Source of the DNA: Oscillospiraceae bacterium
GTDB lineage: Bacteria; Bacillota; Clostridia; Oscillospirales; Oscillospiraceae
Direction: 5' to 3'
NCBI GenBank assembly: GCA_017419715.1
Contig: JAFOKO010000069.1
Coordinates: 345 to 64,344 of the forward strand
DNA length: 64,000 bases
Shown here piece by piece: positions 1-8,605 of the stretch. How positions within the stretch are numbered: the first letter of the stretch is position 1; every line of letters begins with the position of its first letter. The notes beneath the pieces were generated by a model. The model was not told the origin of the DNA, made no database searches, and saw nothing but the letters and a program-made list of their open reading frames with translations. The translations under genes and the position numbers were made by a program.

Positions 1-221
1 ATATCTACCGCTTTTACGGCAGGTGCAAGAATGGCGGTTCGATTTCCAAGGTCAAACCAGCACAAAGAAAGCTTCATATTCAGCTTGCCGACGATATAAA
101 TGTCTTCAAGTTTCTCAGCTTCCTTAAGCAAAAACTTTAACTCCTTCAAATGCCTGGAGGTATCCGTTTTCGTGGCCTGGAATAGCTGGTCCACTCGTTC
201 TCTTAATTCTTTTTTATCCAT
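1..221 (-). CDS. TPR-repeat / GGDEF diguanylate cyclase paralogue, N-terminal fragment. The gene runs off the window start.
   Basis: Reverse-strand translation from the ATG at 219-221 gives MDKKELRERVDQLFQATKTDTSRHLKELKFLLKEAEKLEDIYIVGKLNMKLSLCWFDLGNR... This is colinear with the N-termini of the two complete paralogues downstream. It is absent from the ORF track because it has no stop inside the window. Confidence 0.6.
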   Translation of the reverse strand, partial: MDKKELRERVDQLFQATKTDTSRHLKELKFLLKEAEKLEDIYIVGKLNMKLSLCWFDLGNRTAILAPAVKAVD

Positions 222-264
222 GGCAAACCCCTTTTTGTTCTATCGAATAACTCTCGTTATTGAA

Positions 265-1884
265 TTAGCAGCCAAGCACCCGCCTGAACTCATGGTCTCC
301 GTTTTTCAGCGCATGATAGGCAAACACAGTATTCTTTCCATGCTCCTTTGCGTAATACAGGGCCTGGTCCGCATGCTTGCTGAGCTCCAGAATGGTGTAA
401 TTTGAGTTCTTCATATCTATATTCACAATGCCGATCGAAACCGTCAAGCGCTGTTCGTTGGGGTTTTTTTCGTGCCTAAAGCCGGACGAGCGAAGCGTCT
501 CGGCAATTTTCAGCGCAATGGATTCTATCTCTTCGTCTTTATGGTTCAGAATGATTCCAAAGAATTCATCTCCGCCATATCGAAAAAACTTGACGGTGGC
601 AGTCTCCACGCTGTGGCAAGCACTTGCCACAAACTTGATCGCCTCGTCGCCGGCAGCATGACCATAAGTATCATTATACTCTTTGAAATAATCAATGTCC
701 AGGAAGATGCTCCCGATGTGTTTTCCCTTTTCCTCTGCCGTTTGAATAAAGCGATTTGTTATTTTGACAAGGGCAGAACGGTTCATCAAGCCTGTAAGCG
801 GATCCCGTTCTGCTCTTTCCTCGCTCTTGCGAACTCTTTGCAGCAATTTTCTGATCTCTTGAGATGCAACAGCAGCACTCTTTTGACTTTCGTACTGCAT
901 TTCATGCTGCTCCTGGATGCGTTTTTTATAGAGGGAATTGAGTTCCCGGTATAGGGCAAGGGCGCGAGCGTCTTCGCCGCGCGCATCATGAATGCTCACC
1001 TGGACTCGCTTTGAAAAAATCTGGTCAATTGTATGTTTGTTTGCTTCTGCATATGCCGTGAGGATATCGGCAAAACACTGTGCCCTTCTGAAATCGCCTG
1101 CCAGGATCTCCTGCAGCGCGATTTTTTCAAAGTCCCGATGAAATTCATAGGAATCATAACCGGAGTTGACGGACTGGATGGTCAAGTCCGCATAATGCTC
1201 GGCTTCTTTCAGCTTCCCGTTCCGATAGAGCACACAGCAGCGTCTGGCATAATAGCCCCAAAGCAGAACCTCGCGCTCCATCTGCTCCAGGTCCGACCGG
1301 CAGTTGTCCAGAATCTCCAACGCTTTGTCGTACTGCTTGAGCCCTTCATAGGCGTCCGAAAGGTTCATGGCGTAGATCACAGCGTTCATGTGGTCTTCCG
1401 GCCGTTTGGAGTAAAGCTCTGCAAGGCTTTCCTTTAAGATCCGGATGCTTTTTCTGTATTCCCCCATCAGGCAAAGACTTTCTGCAATATTGTTGCAGAT
1501 CACATCTTTTCGGATCCCATACGGTTTTTTTAATCCGCGAAGCGCATCGAGCGCCAGATTATAATTCTCTATCGCGCGCTCATAGCTATCCTGTGCCCGA
1601 TAGGCAAGCCCCAAAAGATTGCGGCTGAACGCTAACATTTTGCGGTCGTTCAGTTTTTCAAAAATGTCCACAGCTTTCACTGCATGGGGTAAAATAGAAT
1701 CTCGGTTTCCCAGGTCGAACCAGCAAAGTGAAAGCATCATATTGAGCTTTCCGATCATATAGACATCGCCGAGCTTCTCAGCTTCCTTCAGCAAATACTT
1801 CAGTTCCTTCAATTGTTGGGCGGTAATTTGCTGAGTGATATCGGAAAGTCGATCTACACGCTCTTTTAATTCTGATCGTTCCAT
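265..1884 (-). CDS. Diguanylate cyclase: N-terminal TPR-like helical repeats, a coiled coil, and a C-terminal GGDEF domain.
   Basis: 539-aa ORF. C-terminal signature: LTGLMNRSAL...FLDIDYFKEYNDTYGHAAGDEAIK...FRYGGDEFFGIIL...SIGIV. There is no RxxD I-site upstream of GGDEF and no TM segment. Confidence 0.85.
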   Translation of the reverse strand: MERSELKERVDRLSDITQQITAQQLKELKYLLKEAEKLGDVYMIGKLNMMLSLCWFDLGNRDSILPHAVKAVDIFEKLNDRKMLAFSRNLLGLAYRAQDSYERAIENYNLALDALRGLKKPYGIRKDVICNNIAESLCLMGEYRKSIRILKESLAELYSKRPEDHMNAVIYAMNLSDAYEGLKQYDKALEILDNCRSDLEQMEREVLLWGYYARRCCVLYRNGKLKEAEHYADLTIQSVNSGYDSYEFHRDFEKIALQEILAGDFRRAQCFADILTAYAEANKHTIDQIFSKRVQVSIHDARGEDARALALYRELNSLYKKRIQEQHEMQYESQKSAAVASQEIRKLLQRVRKSEERAERDPLTGLMNRSALVKITNRFIQTAEEKGKHIGSIFLDIDYFKEYNDTYGHAAGDEAIKFVASACHSVETATVKFFRYGGDEFFGIILNHKDEEIESIALKIAETLRSSGFRHEKNPNEQRLTVSIGIVNIDMKNSNYTILELSKHADQALYYAKEHGKNTVFAYHALKNGDHEFRRVLGC

Positions 1885-1899
1885 GGTAATTACCCTTTA

Positions 1900-3516
1900 T
1901 TACTTGGCCGTGACCCGCTTGTATTCCCACTCTCCGTCTGGCAGCTCGCGGGCCATGAAGGCAACATCTTTCCCGTAATCCTTTGCATGATACAGCGCTT
2001 TATCCGCATATTTGATGATATCCAGGATCGTGTTGTTCGAATTCTTCATATCCATATTGACAACGCCGATCGAAACCGTCAATCTCTGCCCATTCGGGTT
2101 TTTGACATGCTGAAAACCGGAAGCATGCACATTGTCGGAAATGCGTTTGGCCAGTTTTTCCAGATCCTCGTCCTTATGGCCGAGAATAATCCCGAAGTAC
2201 TCGTCACCGCCGTAGCGGAAGAATTTGATGGTCTGGCTTTCCACACCCAGGCAAACGGAAGCAACATACTTGATCGCCTCATCGCCGGCGGCATGGCCAT
2301 AGGTATCGTTATACTCTTTGAAATAATCGATATCCAGGAATACGCCGCCAAGCTTTTTTCCTTTTTCTTTTGCGCTTTGGATGAACTCGTTCGTCACATT
2401 CACCAAGGCGGAACGGTTCATCAGTCCCGTAAGCGCATCGCGCTCTGAGCGCTCTTCGCTCAAGCGGATCTTTTGTACCAGCTTGGCGATTTCTTTATTT
2501 GCGCTCTCAAAATTCTTCTGGCTTTCGTACTGCATCTCATTTTGCTCACGCATCCGCTTTTCATAGAGTTCATTGAGTTCTTTATAGATCATGAGCGCTT
2601 TATCCAGTTCGTTGCGCGAATAGCAAATATTGCCCTCTACGCGCTTTGCAATGATGAAGTCCAGGGTATGGCCGCTTTTATTTGCATAATCAATCAGCGC
2701 TTTTGCAAATTGTTCTGCTCGCTGATAGTCTTGAAGCTCGGCCTCGATGGATGCGATCTTTTCAAAATCACGGTGGAATTCATAGGAATCGAAGCTGGAC
2801 TTGAAGCCCTGCAGCGACATATCCGCAAACTTCGCGCCGCCTTCCGGATCGCCGGACTTATACAACACGCAAGAACGCCTTGCGTAATAGCCATACACGA
2901 GGGTGCTTTTATCCAGCTTCTCAACGCTATCCTTGACGGCATCGAGGATTTCCAGGGATTTCTTGTATTCCCCAAGGCTCTCATAAAGATCGGAAAGGTT
3001 CAAGCCGTAGAGCGTAATGGAAAAATGATTGTCTGGATTCTTTCTCTTGCAGGCGCTCAGACAGTTTCTCATGATCCGGATACTCTTCTGAAACTCGCCC
3101 ATCTGGAAATAGCTATCCGCGATGTTATTCAGTATCATTTCTCTTCTGATACCGGGCTTCTTTTTGCCGCGGATCGTCTCCAGCGCCCTGTTGTAGGACG
3201 CAAGGGCCTGCTGATAGTTTTCCTGGGCCCCGTAAGCGATGCCCAGCAGATTGAAGCTTCGCGCCAGCATGAGCGGTTCATCGGAATTCTCAAAAATGCC
3301 CACTGCCTTGCAGGCGTGCGGAAGAATATCGATGCGGTTGCCCAGCTCGAAATAGCACATAGAAAGATTCAGATTGATTTTGCCGATAACAAAGATATCC
3401 TCAAGCTTTTCCGCCTGCTTCAGGATCTTCTTCAACTCTTTCTCGCGTCGAGCATAATCATTTTTCGTATCGTTGAGAACCTGATCTACGCGATCATTTA
3501 ATACGGATTTAAACAT
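1900..3516 (-). CDS. Diguanylate cyclase (TPR-like repeats + GGDEF), tandem paralogue of 265-1884.
   Basis: The ORF runs to 3543. The ATG at 3514-3516 (MFKSVLNDRVDQV...) aligns with the starts of the sister genes and has AAGGGG 9 nt upstream. The catalytic motif reads RYGGDEYFGIIL. The gap to the next paralogue is only 15 nt. Confidence 0.85.
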   Translation of the reverse strand: MFKSVLNDRVDQVLNDTKNDYARREKELKKILKQAEKLEDIFVIGKINLNLSMCYFELGNRIDILPHACKAVGIFENSDEPLMLARSFNLLGIAYGAQENYQQALASYNRALETIRGKKKPGIRREMILNNIADSYFQMGEFQKSIRIMRNCLSACKRKNPDNHFSITLYGLNLSDLYESLGEYKKSLEILDAVKDSVEKLDKSTLVYGYYARRSCVLYKSGDPEGGAKFADMSLQGFKSSFDSYEFHRDFEKIASIEAELQDYQRAEQFAKALIDYANKSGHTLDFIIAKRVEGNICYSRNELDKALMIYKELNELYEKRMREQNEMQYESQKNFESANKEIAKLVQKIRLSEERSERDALTGLMNRSALVNVTNEFIQSAKEKGKKLGGVFLDIDYFKEYNDTYGHAAGDEAIKYVASVCLGVESQTIKFFRYGGDEYFGIILGHKDEDLEKLAKRISDNVHASGFQHVKNPNGQRLTVSIGVVNMDMKNSNNTILDIIKYADKALYHAKDYGKDVAFMARELPDGEWEYKRVTAK

Positions 3517-3649
3517 ACTTATAACCCCTTTTACGATCATCAATCAGCTACGAATTTATTTTCCTTTTTATTATACTATTCCATTCCATAAAAATCAATC
3601 TCTATTTTTAATTAGCATACGCGTTTCTCTTATGAAATCCAAAAAAACG

Positions 3650-3700
3650 ACAAAAAAACAGGAACCCCTCATTTCTCTTTTTCATCAGAGAAATGAGGGG
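3650..3700 (-). terminator. Rho-independent terminator after the phosphonate genes.
   Basis: 14-bp perfect stem: CCCCTCATTTCTCT (3665-3678) with AGAGAAATGAGGGG (3687-3700). On the minus strand it is followed by TTCCTGTTTTTTTGTCGTTTTTTT. Confidence 0.8.
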
Positions 3701-3705
3701 TTTCG

Positions 3706-4827
3706 TTACAAGGAAGCCAAGTAATTCATAAAGTTTTGCTTATTTTCCAAAGCAGTCGTTGTGGGGCGTCCAAGATCTTCTCTTGCGCCAATGGAGCACT
3801 TGACCTCGATCATGCTCAGCATGCCTCTGTCTCTCGCCGCGGCAAGCTCTCGATCCAGACTTTCAAAATCATGCACGCATACTGCATACGGATAACCGCA
3901 GGCCCTTGCAATGGAAACCAGATCGATGTGTTCCGCAACGGTCGGCATCCCGCCAACTGTCTCATGGGCGCCGTTGTTGATCACCACATGGATCAGGTTT
4001 TTCGGATGATTGGCTCCGACAACAGCCATCGCGCCCATGTGCATCAAGACCGCGCCGTCGCCGTCAACGCACCAGATCCGCTGCTCCGGCTTTTGCAGCG
4101 CCACGCCCAAGGCAATGGAAGAGCTGTGCCCCATGGAGCCGACGGTCAGGAAGTCGTATTTGTGGCTTTGCCCATTGGCCACTCTCGTTTCAAACAGCTC
4201 CCGGCTTGCTTTTCCCGTGGTGGAAACGATCGGATCCTCGCCGCTTGCCTGCACGATATGCCGAATGATCTCTTCCCGGACCATCTGGTTTTCGTTGCGA
4301 TAAGTAACGCTTGGCGCGTCTGTCAACGCCCCCTTGCGGATCACGAAAGCCACATCTTTTCCCGCGGCAAGGATCGCCCGGAATTCCTCCATCTTGGCCG
4401 CAAGCGCTTCGTCTGTCGTGTCTTTTCCGATCACGAATGCAGCAACGCCCATGTCCTCCAGGAGCTTGACAGTCACTTCCCCCTGGTAGATATGCTGGGG
4501 TTCATCGTGAACGCCGGGCTCTCCGCGCCATCCGACAATAAACACGACCGGGATGGCATAGACCTTGTCGTTCAGCAGGCTGGCCACAGGATTGATGATA
4601 TTGCCCTCGCCGGAATTCTGCATATAGACGACCGGGACCTTACCCGTCGCCAGATGATATCCGGCCGCAAGCGCGGTGCAGTTCCCCTCATTGGCTGCTA
4701 TGATATGATGCTTTGGGTCGATCCCATAGCGCGCCATCAAATAATTGCACAGTGCCTTGAGTTGGCTGTCCGGCACGCCGGTATAAAAATCAGAGCCGAT
4801 AATCTCGACAAGCTTTTCAACCTTCAT
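3706..4827 (-). CDS. aepY: Phosphonopyruvate decarboxylase (ThDP-dependent).
   Basis: 373 aa. The N-terminus SDFYTGVPDSQLK is typical of Ppd. ThDP motif: VDGDGAVLMHMGAMAVVG...VVINNGAHETVGG. It lies immediately downstream of PEP mutase. Confidence 0.85.
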   Translation of the reverse strand: MKVEKLVEIIGSDFYTGVPDSQLKALCNYLMARYGIDPKHHIIAANEGNCTALAAGYHLATGKVPVVYMQNSGEGNIINPVASLLNDKVYAIPVVFIVGWRGEPGVHDEPQHIYQGEVTVKLLEDMGVAAFVIGKDTTDEALAAKMEEFRAILAAGKDVAFVIRKGALTDAPSVTYRNENQMVREEIIRHIVQASGEDPIVSTTGKASRELFETRVANGQSHKYDFLTVGSMGHSSSIALGVALQKPEQRIWCVDGDGAVLMHMGAMAVVGANHPKNLIHVVINNGAHETVGGMPTVAEHIDLVSIARACGYPYAVCVHDFESLDRELAAARDRGMLSMIEVKCSIGAREDLGRPTTTALENKQNFMNYLASL

Positions 4828-4839
4828 TGTTCCGCCCTC

Positions 4840-6135
4840 TTACAGCTCGTCGATCAGCGTGATGATCTGTTTGATCGGCATCAAGCGGTCATCCACTTCC
4901 TTGGCCCGGTGATAGCGCAAGATGTCCTCCGCTGTCTGCTGCATGGCCGGGAATGCCGATCTGGTCAACTGATTCGCATAAATGACGATGTTCACGCCGT
5001 GCTGTGCCAGCTCTTCCTCCGTAATCGTATTAAAGCTGGAGGGAACCACCACAATGGGCGTCGTCTTGTTTTCCGCACGGAATCGATCACAGAACTGGAC
5101 GATCTCTGCCGGATCCTTCTTTCGGCTGTGGATCATAATGCCGTCCGCACCCGCTTTCACAAAGGCGCGTGCCCGTTCCAGCGCATCCTCCATGCCCTTT
5201 TCCAGGATCAAACTCTCGATCCGGGCGATGATCATAAAGTCATCCGTCAACTGAGCCTTCTTTCCGGCTGCAATTTTGGCGCTGAATTCCTCGATCGTCG
5301 CCTGAGTCTGCTGAACCTCCGTCCCGAAGAGGCTGTTCTTTTTCAGTCCCTTCTTGTCCTCGATGATCACGGCGCTCACACCCATGCGCTCCAGGCTTCG
5401 AACCGTGTAGACAAAGTGCTCCGTCAAGCCGCCGGTATCCCCGTCAAAAATGATCGGCTTTGTGGTGACCTCCATGATATCGTCAATGGTGCGGAAGCGG
5501 CTGGTCATATCCACCAGCTCGATGTCAGGCTTTCCCTTCGCCGTGCTGTCACAAAGAGATGAGACCCACATGGCGTCAAACTGATCCAACCTGCCCTCAT
5601 GCTCCACGACCGTTTTTTCCACGATCAGGCCCGTAAGGCCGCTGTGGGCTTCCATCACCTTCACCACAGGCGTCATTTCGATCAGCTGGCGAAGCCGTTT
5701 TCTTCTGTACTCCGGCATAGCCAGCTTTTCGCGCAACTGCAGATCGATCTTTTTGACCGTTTCATTATAGGTATAGGGGATGTCAACGATCTCGCCGCCG
5801 TATTCGCCCAGCAGATCTGCAACATGCTGCCGGATGGCTGATTCGGGGCCTTCCCGCCAGTTATCGCCGTGCAGTACATAATCCGGGTGGATCAGGGTGA
5901 TCACATCGTCATACATGGCGTCGTCCTGAATCACGACCTGTTCCACGCCTTCTATGCTCCGGTAAAGCCGGACCCTCTCCTCCTGGCTTATGGTGGGGAA
6001 TTTGTTATAGCGGATCAAGGCTTTGTCCGACAGTGCGCCAACAATGACCTTGCCGCGTTTCCGCGCCTCGCGGATGATGTTCATGTGTCCTTCATGCAAA
6101 ATGTCTGTACAAAAACAGGTGTACACTGTTTTCAT
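4840..6135 (-). CDS. aepX: Phosphoenolpyruvate phosphomutase fused to an N-terminal HxGH cytidylyltransferase domain.
   Basis: 431 aa. The first ~130 aa carry a TagD/ECT-like nucleotidyltransferase signature (CFCTDILHEGHMNIIREARKRG). The rest is PEP mutase / isocitrate lyase superfamily (SGLTGLIVE...DGDTGG...SAVIIEDK...ARIESL). Confidence 0.85.
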   Translation of the reverse strand: MKTVYTCFCTDILHEGHMNIIREARKRGKVIVGALSDKALIRYNKFPTISQEERVRLYRSIEGVEQVVIQDDAMYDDVITLIHPDYVLHGDNWREGPESAIRQHVADLLGEYGGEIVDIPYTYNETVKKIDLQLREKLAMPEYRRKRLRQLIEMTPVVKVMEAHSGLTGLIVEKTVVEHEGRLDQFDAMWVSSLCDSTAKGKPDIELVDMTSRFRTIDDIMEVTTKPIIFDGDTGGLTEHFVYTVRSLERMGVSAVIIEDKKGLKKNSLFGTEVQQTQATIEEFSAKIAAGKKAQLTDDFMIIARIESLILEKGMEDALERARAFVKAGADGIMIHSRKKDPAEIVQFCDRFRAENKTTPIVVVPSSFNTITEEELAQHGVNIVIYANQLTRSAFPAMQQTAEDILRYHRAKEVDDRLMPIKQIITLIDEL

Positions 6136-6248
6136 TGTGATCGTATTCTCCTTTATTTCTTGGCGTTCGTTGCAAAACGAGGATTTTCTGTGTAATAAGG
6201 TAGCAGGGACCAGGAATCAGTCGCCGGGAATTATAGGCAATATGAATA

Positions 6249-6746
6249 GGCAATAGGAGACGCGGGGGTGCGGACGGGGAGCAGGATTCGGTAGCGGCGC
6301 ACGGCGCGGGACGGAGGAATCCGTCCCCTACAGGTGCGGTGCGTTTGTCGGAACAGCTCAATCCAATCGGTGCGCCCCTCATCCGGCCCTTCGGGCCACC
6401 TTCCCCCCTCGGGGGGCTTTACGGGGGCGCGTCCTTTGCCTTCCCCCTCGGGGGAAGGTGGCGCCGGGCGTCTCACGGAAGCCCGGTGACGGATGAGGGG
6501 CGTTGCGGCTTCGCACTGCTTCCCCGCCTGTCATTCTGAGCAAAGCGAAGAATCCGTACCTCCCGTCCCCTTGCCTTCCCCCTCGGGGAAGGCTCTGGGG
6601 GCGCGGTGCAGGTTGCGGGCGGCCAATGGGCCCCTACGGGGTGCGGTGCGTTCGACGGGGGCGGACGGCAGGGTGCCGTCCCTGCATGGTCGGGACGCTC
6701 GGGGCGTCGGGGACGCCGCCCCCTACATTCCGCGTCTCCTATTGCC
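6249..6746. repeat. GC-rich, highly structured, non-coding element bounded by inverted repeats (MITE/REP-like composite), inserted between aepZ and aepX.
   Basis: 17-bp perfect terminal IR: GGCAATAGGAGACGCGG (6249-6265) with CCGCGTCTCCTATTGCC (6730-6746). Two nested perfect 13-bp IRs: 6373-6385 with 6490-6502, and 6395-6407 with 6450-6462. Many short G/C hairpins. ORFs here are short, overlap on both strands, and are low-complexity P/G/R-rich. Confidence 0.7.
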
Positions 6747-6827
6747 TAATGCCGATTGCCGATTGCCCGGTGCGAATCACGCAACTTGCGTTTGTATTCA
6801 ACCAGGTCCTCGAATTGCAACGAACAC

Positions 6828-7961
6828 TTATTTCTTATAAACCACCGGGGTTTTGACGCCGGTCACCGCAAGCGCTTCCTTGAACACAACGAAGAAATCC
6901 TTGATATCGGCCTCGTCGATCGCGCCAAGCGCGCACAGGCGGAAGGTGTTGGTGGTGCTGATCTTTCCGGGATAGATCGTGAAACCGCGGGCGTAGCAGT
7001 AGTCGTGGACCGCCTCAAAGGACCAATTTGGATCATCCGGATAGATAGCAGAGGAGACCAGGCCAGTCCTCCACTCGGGTTTGATGACCTGGCGGAAGCC
7101 CAGCTCGTCCAGTCCGGCGTTGATGGCGTTGAATACTCTGGTGTGCCGGGCCCATTTTGCCTCTTCGCCCTCGGCCCAGTATTCCTTCAAGGCCTGGAGC
7201 GTGGCATAGATGGTCTGCACCGGCGGGGTAAAGTGCATCTCCCCGGTCCGTTCAAAATAGTCATACTGCATATACAAATTGCAATAATAGGAACGCTTGG
7301 GATACTCCTTGCTCTGTTCGATGATCTTCCGATTTCCCACAATAAAACTCAAGCCGGTAAAGGCCATCAAGCCCTTCTGGGCACTGGCCATACAGAAGTC
7401 GATGTTGTCTTCTTCCAAATGGATCGGCCGCATGGCGTAAGAGCTGGTGGTATCCACCGTGAAAACGGCGTTGTATTTGTGGGCCAGAGCGCCAATTTCC
7501 CGAATGGGGTTCAGAATGCCAGTGCCAGTCTCGTTGTGCGTGGTGTGCACCAGGGCAATATCCGGATTCGACCGGAGCGTTTCTTCCACCACAGCCAGGT
7601 CCGGCCGCTGGTCCACGGGGAATTGCAGATCCATATGAGGAAGGCCGTAATACTGGCAAATCTCCACTGCACGGGAACTGTACGCGCCATTATTCACCAC
7701 AAGCACTTTTTTCCCCGCCGGGAGCAGGCTGTTCAGCACCACATCAATGTTGATCGTGCCGGAACCGCAAAACAAAACACTGGTGTATTTCTCCAGGTCG
7801 CCGCGGACGATTCGGACCAGATCCTCCCGCAAGCCTTTCATCAGCCCGCCGAATTCCTTCTCTCTGGGGCAGATATCCGGCACCACCTGGGCATACTTTA
7901 CCGTATCGGTCGTGGTGGAGGGGCCGGGATTCAGCAGAACATTTCTCTTAACAGATTCCAT
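6828..7961 (-). CDS. aepZ: 2-aminoethylphosphonate:pyruvate aminotransferase (class V PLP enzyme).
   Basis: 377 aa. N-terminus NVLLNPGPSTTTDTVKYAQVVPDICPREKEF, internal SAQKGL lysine motif. Clustered with PEP mutase and Ppd. Confidence 0.85.
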   Translation of the reverse strand: MESVKRNVLLNPGPSTTTDTVKYAQVVPDICPREKEFGGLMKGLREDLVRIVRGDLEKYTSVLFCGSGTINIDVVLNSLLPAGKKVLVVNNGAYSSRAVEICQYYGLPHMDLQFPVDQRPDLAVVEETLRSNPDIALVHTTHNETGTGILNPIREIGALAHKYNAVFTVDTTSSYAMRPIHLEEDNIDFCMASAQKGLMAFTGLSFIVGNRKIIEQSKEYPKRSYYCNLYMQYDYFERTGEMHFTPPVQTIYATLQALKEYWAEGEEAKWARHTRVFNAINAGLDELGFRQVIKPEWRTGLVSSAIYPDDPNWSFEAVHDYCYARGFTIYPGKISTTNTFRLCALGAIDEADIKDFFVVFKEALAVTGVKTPVVYKK

Positions 7962-8105
7962 GGAGTGCTCCTTTCTGATTGTTCAAGCGCTTCAAATTTT
8001 GTTCAATTTTAAGTGCTTTCGGTATTATAGCATACGCCATCTCAAAAATCTACACTTTTTTGTTCAAAATTCCTTCCAAAATGTTCATTTTTGAAAAAAA
8101 CGCTC

Positions 8106-8133
8106 TTGCATTTCCTCTCTGATTTGCTATAAT
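8106..8133 (+). promoter_or_regulatory. Sigma-A-type promoter for ridA.
   Basis: TTGCAT (8106-8111), 16-nt spacer ending in TGc (extended -10), TATAAT (8128-8133). It is 37 nt upstream of the ridA ATG, which has an AAAGGAG RBS. Confidence 0.5.
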
Positions 8134-8169
8134 GAGCTTGTAAACTGAACAAGCGAAAGGAGTTTTCTT

Positions 8170-8547
8170 ATGCTGAACCGTATTTCCACTCCCAAAGCGC
8201 CCGCGGCGATTGGTCCCTACTCTCAGGCCGTCTGGGCAGGAGATTTCCTGTATCTGTCCGGCATGATGCCGATCGATCCCGCCACCGGCGCGCTGGAGCC
8301 CGCCGACATCACTGTACAGGCGGAGCGGATCATGAAAAACATCGATGCCGTCCTCACCGAGGCTGGCTTGACCCAGGAAAATGTGGTCAAAACCACCTGC
8401 TTCCTCTCCGACATGGGCAACTTTGCCGCCTTTAACGCTGTCTACGGGGAATACTTCAGCTCCAAGCCCGCCCGTTCTTGCGTGGCAGTTCGGGAGCTCC
8501 CCAAGAGCGCTCTGGCGGAGGTTGAAGTGATCGCATACAGAGGATAA
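8170..8547 (+). CDS. ridA: RidA/YjgF family reactive-intermediate deaminase.
   Basis: 125 aa. APAAIGPYSQAV...GMMPIDPATG...RSCVAVRELPKSALAEVEVIA is a typical RidA pattern. Confidence 0.9.
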   Translation: MLNRISTPKAPAAIGPYSQAVWAGDFLYLSGMMPIDPATGALEPADITVQAERIMKNIDAVLTEAGLTQENVVKTTCFLSDMGNFAAFNAVYGEYFSSKPARSCVAVRELPKSALAEVEVIAYRG

Positions 8548-8562
8548 GATCGGAGCCTTCCA

Positions 8563-8602
8563 ATTCGGCCGGCGTTGTGTTTTGTCACAACGCCGGCCGA
8601 AT
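8563..8602. terminator. Long perfect hairpin between the convergent genes ridA and the vWA gene (candidate bidirectional terminator).
   Basis: 17-bp stem: ATTCGGCCGGCGTTGTG (8563-8579) with CACAACGCCGGCCGAAT (8586-8602), 6-nt loop. U-tracts are weak on both strands. Confidence 0.5.
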
Positions 8603-8605
8603 GTA

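Noticed and set aside
3736-5562. Very long plus-strand ORF (608 aa). Similar antisense giants occur at 6756-8012, 12351-14075, 15720-16808, 17791-18891, 38462-40333, 43301-45955, 49033-50421 and 52707-53975.
   Set aside because: Each lies exactly antisense to a minus-strand gene with clear family motifs (Ppd/PepM, AepZ, FtsK, PncB, DivIVA-like, SecD/F, LeuS, Rph/FtsY, SMC). Their translations are R/G/H/L/D-rich with no motifs. These are the usual stop-poor shadow frames of high-GC DNA.
6092-6856. A cluster of overlapping ORFs on both strands (6092-6382, 6231-6476, 6339-6539, 6493-6840, 6503-6856), which could be read as small P/G/R-rich proteins.
   Set aside because: They tile a palindromic GC-rich repeat element, overlap each other in several frames, lack RBSs and are low-complexity. 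Treated as non-coding repeat DNA.
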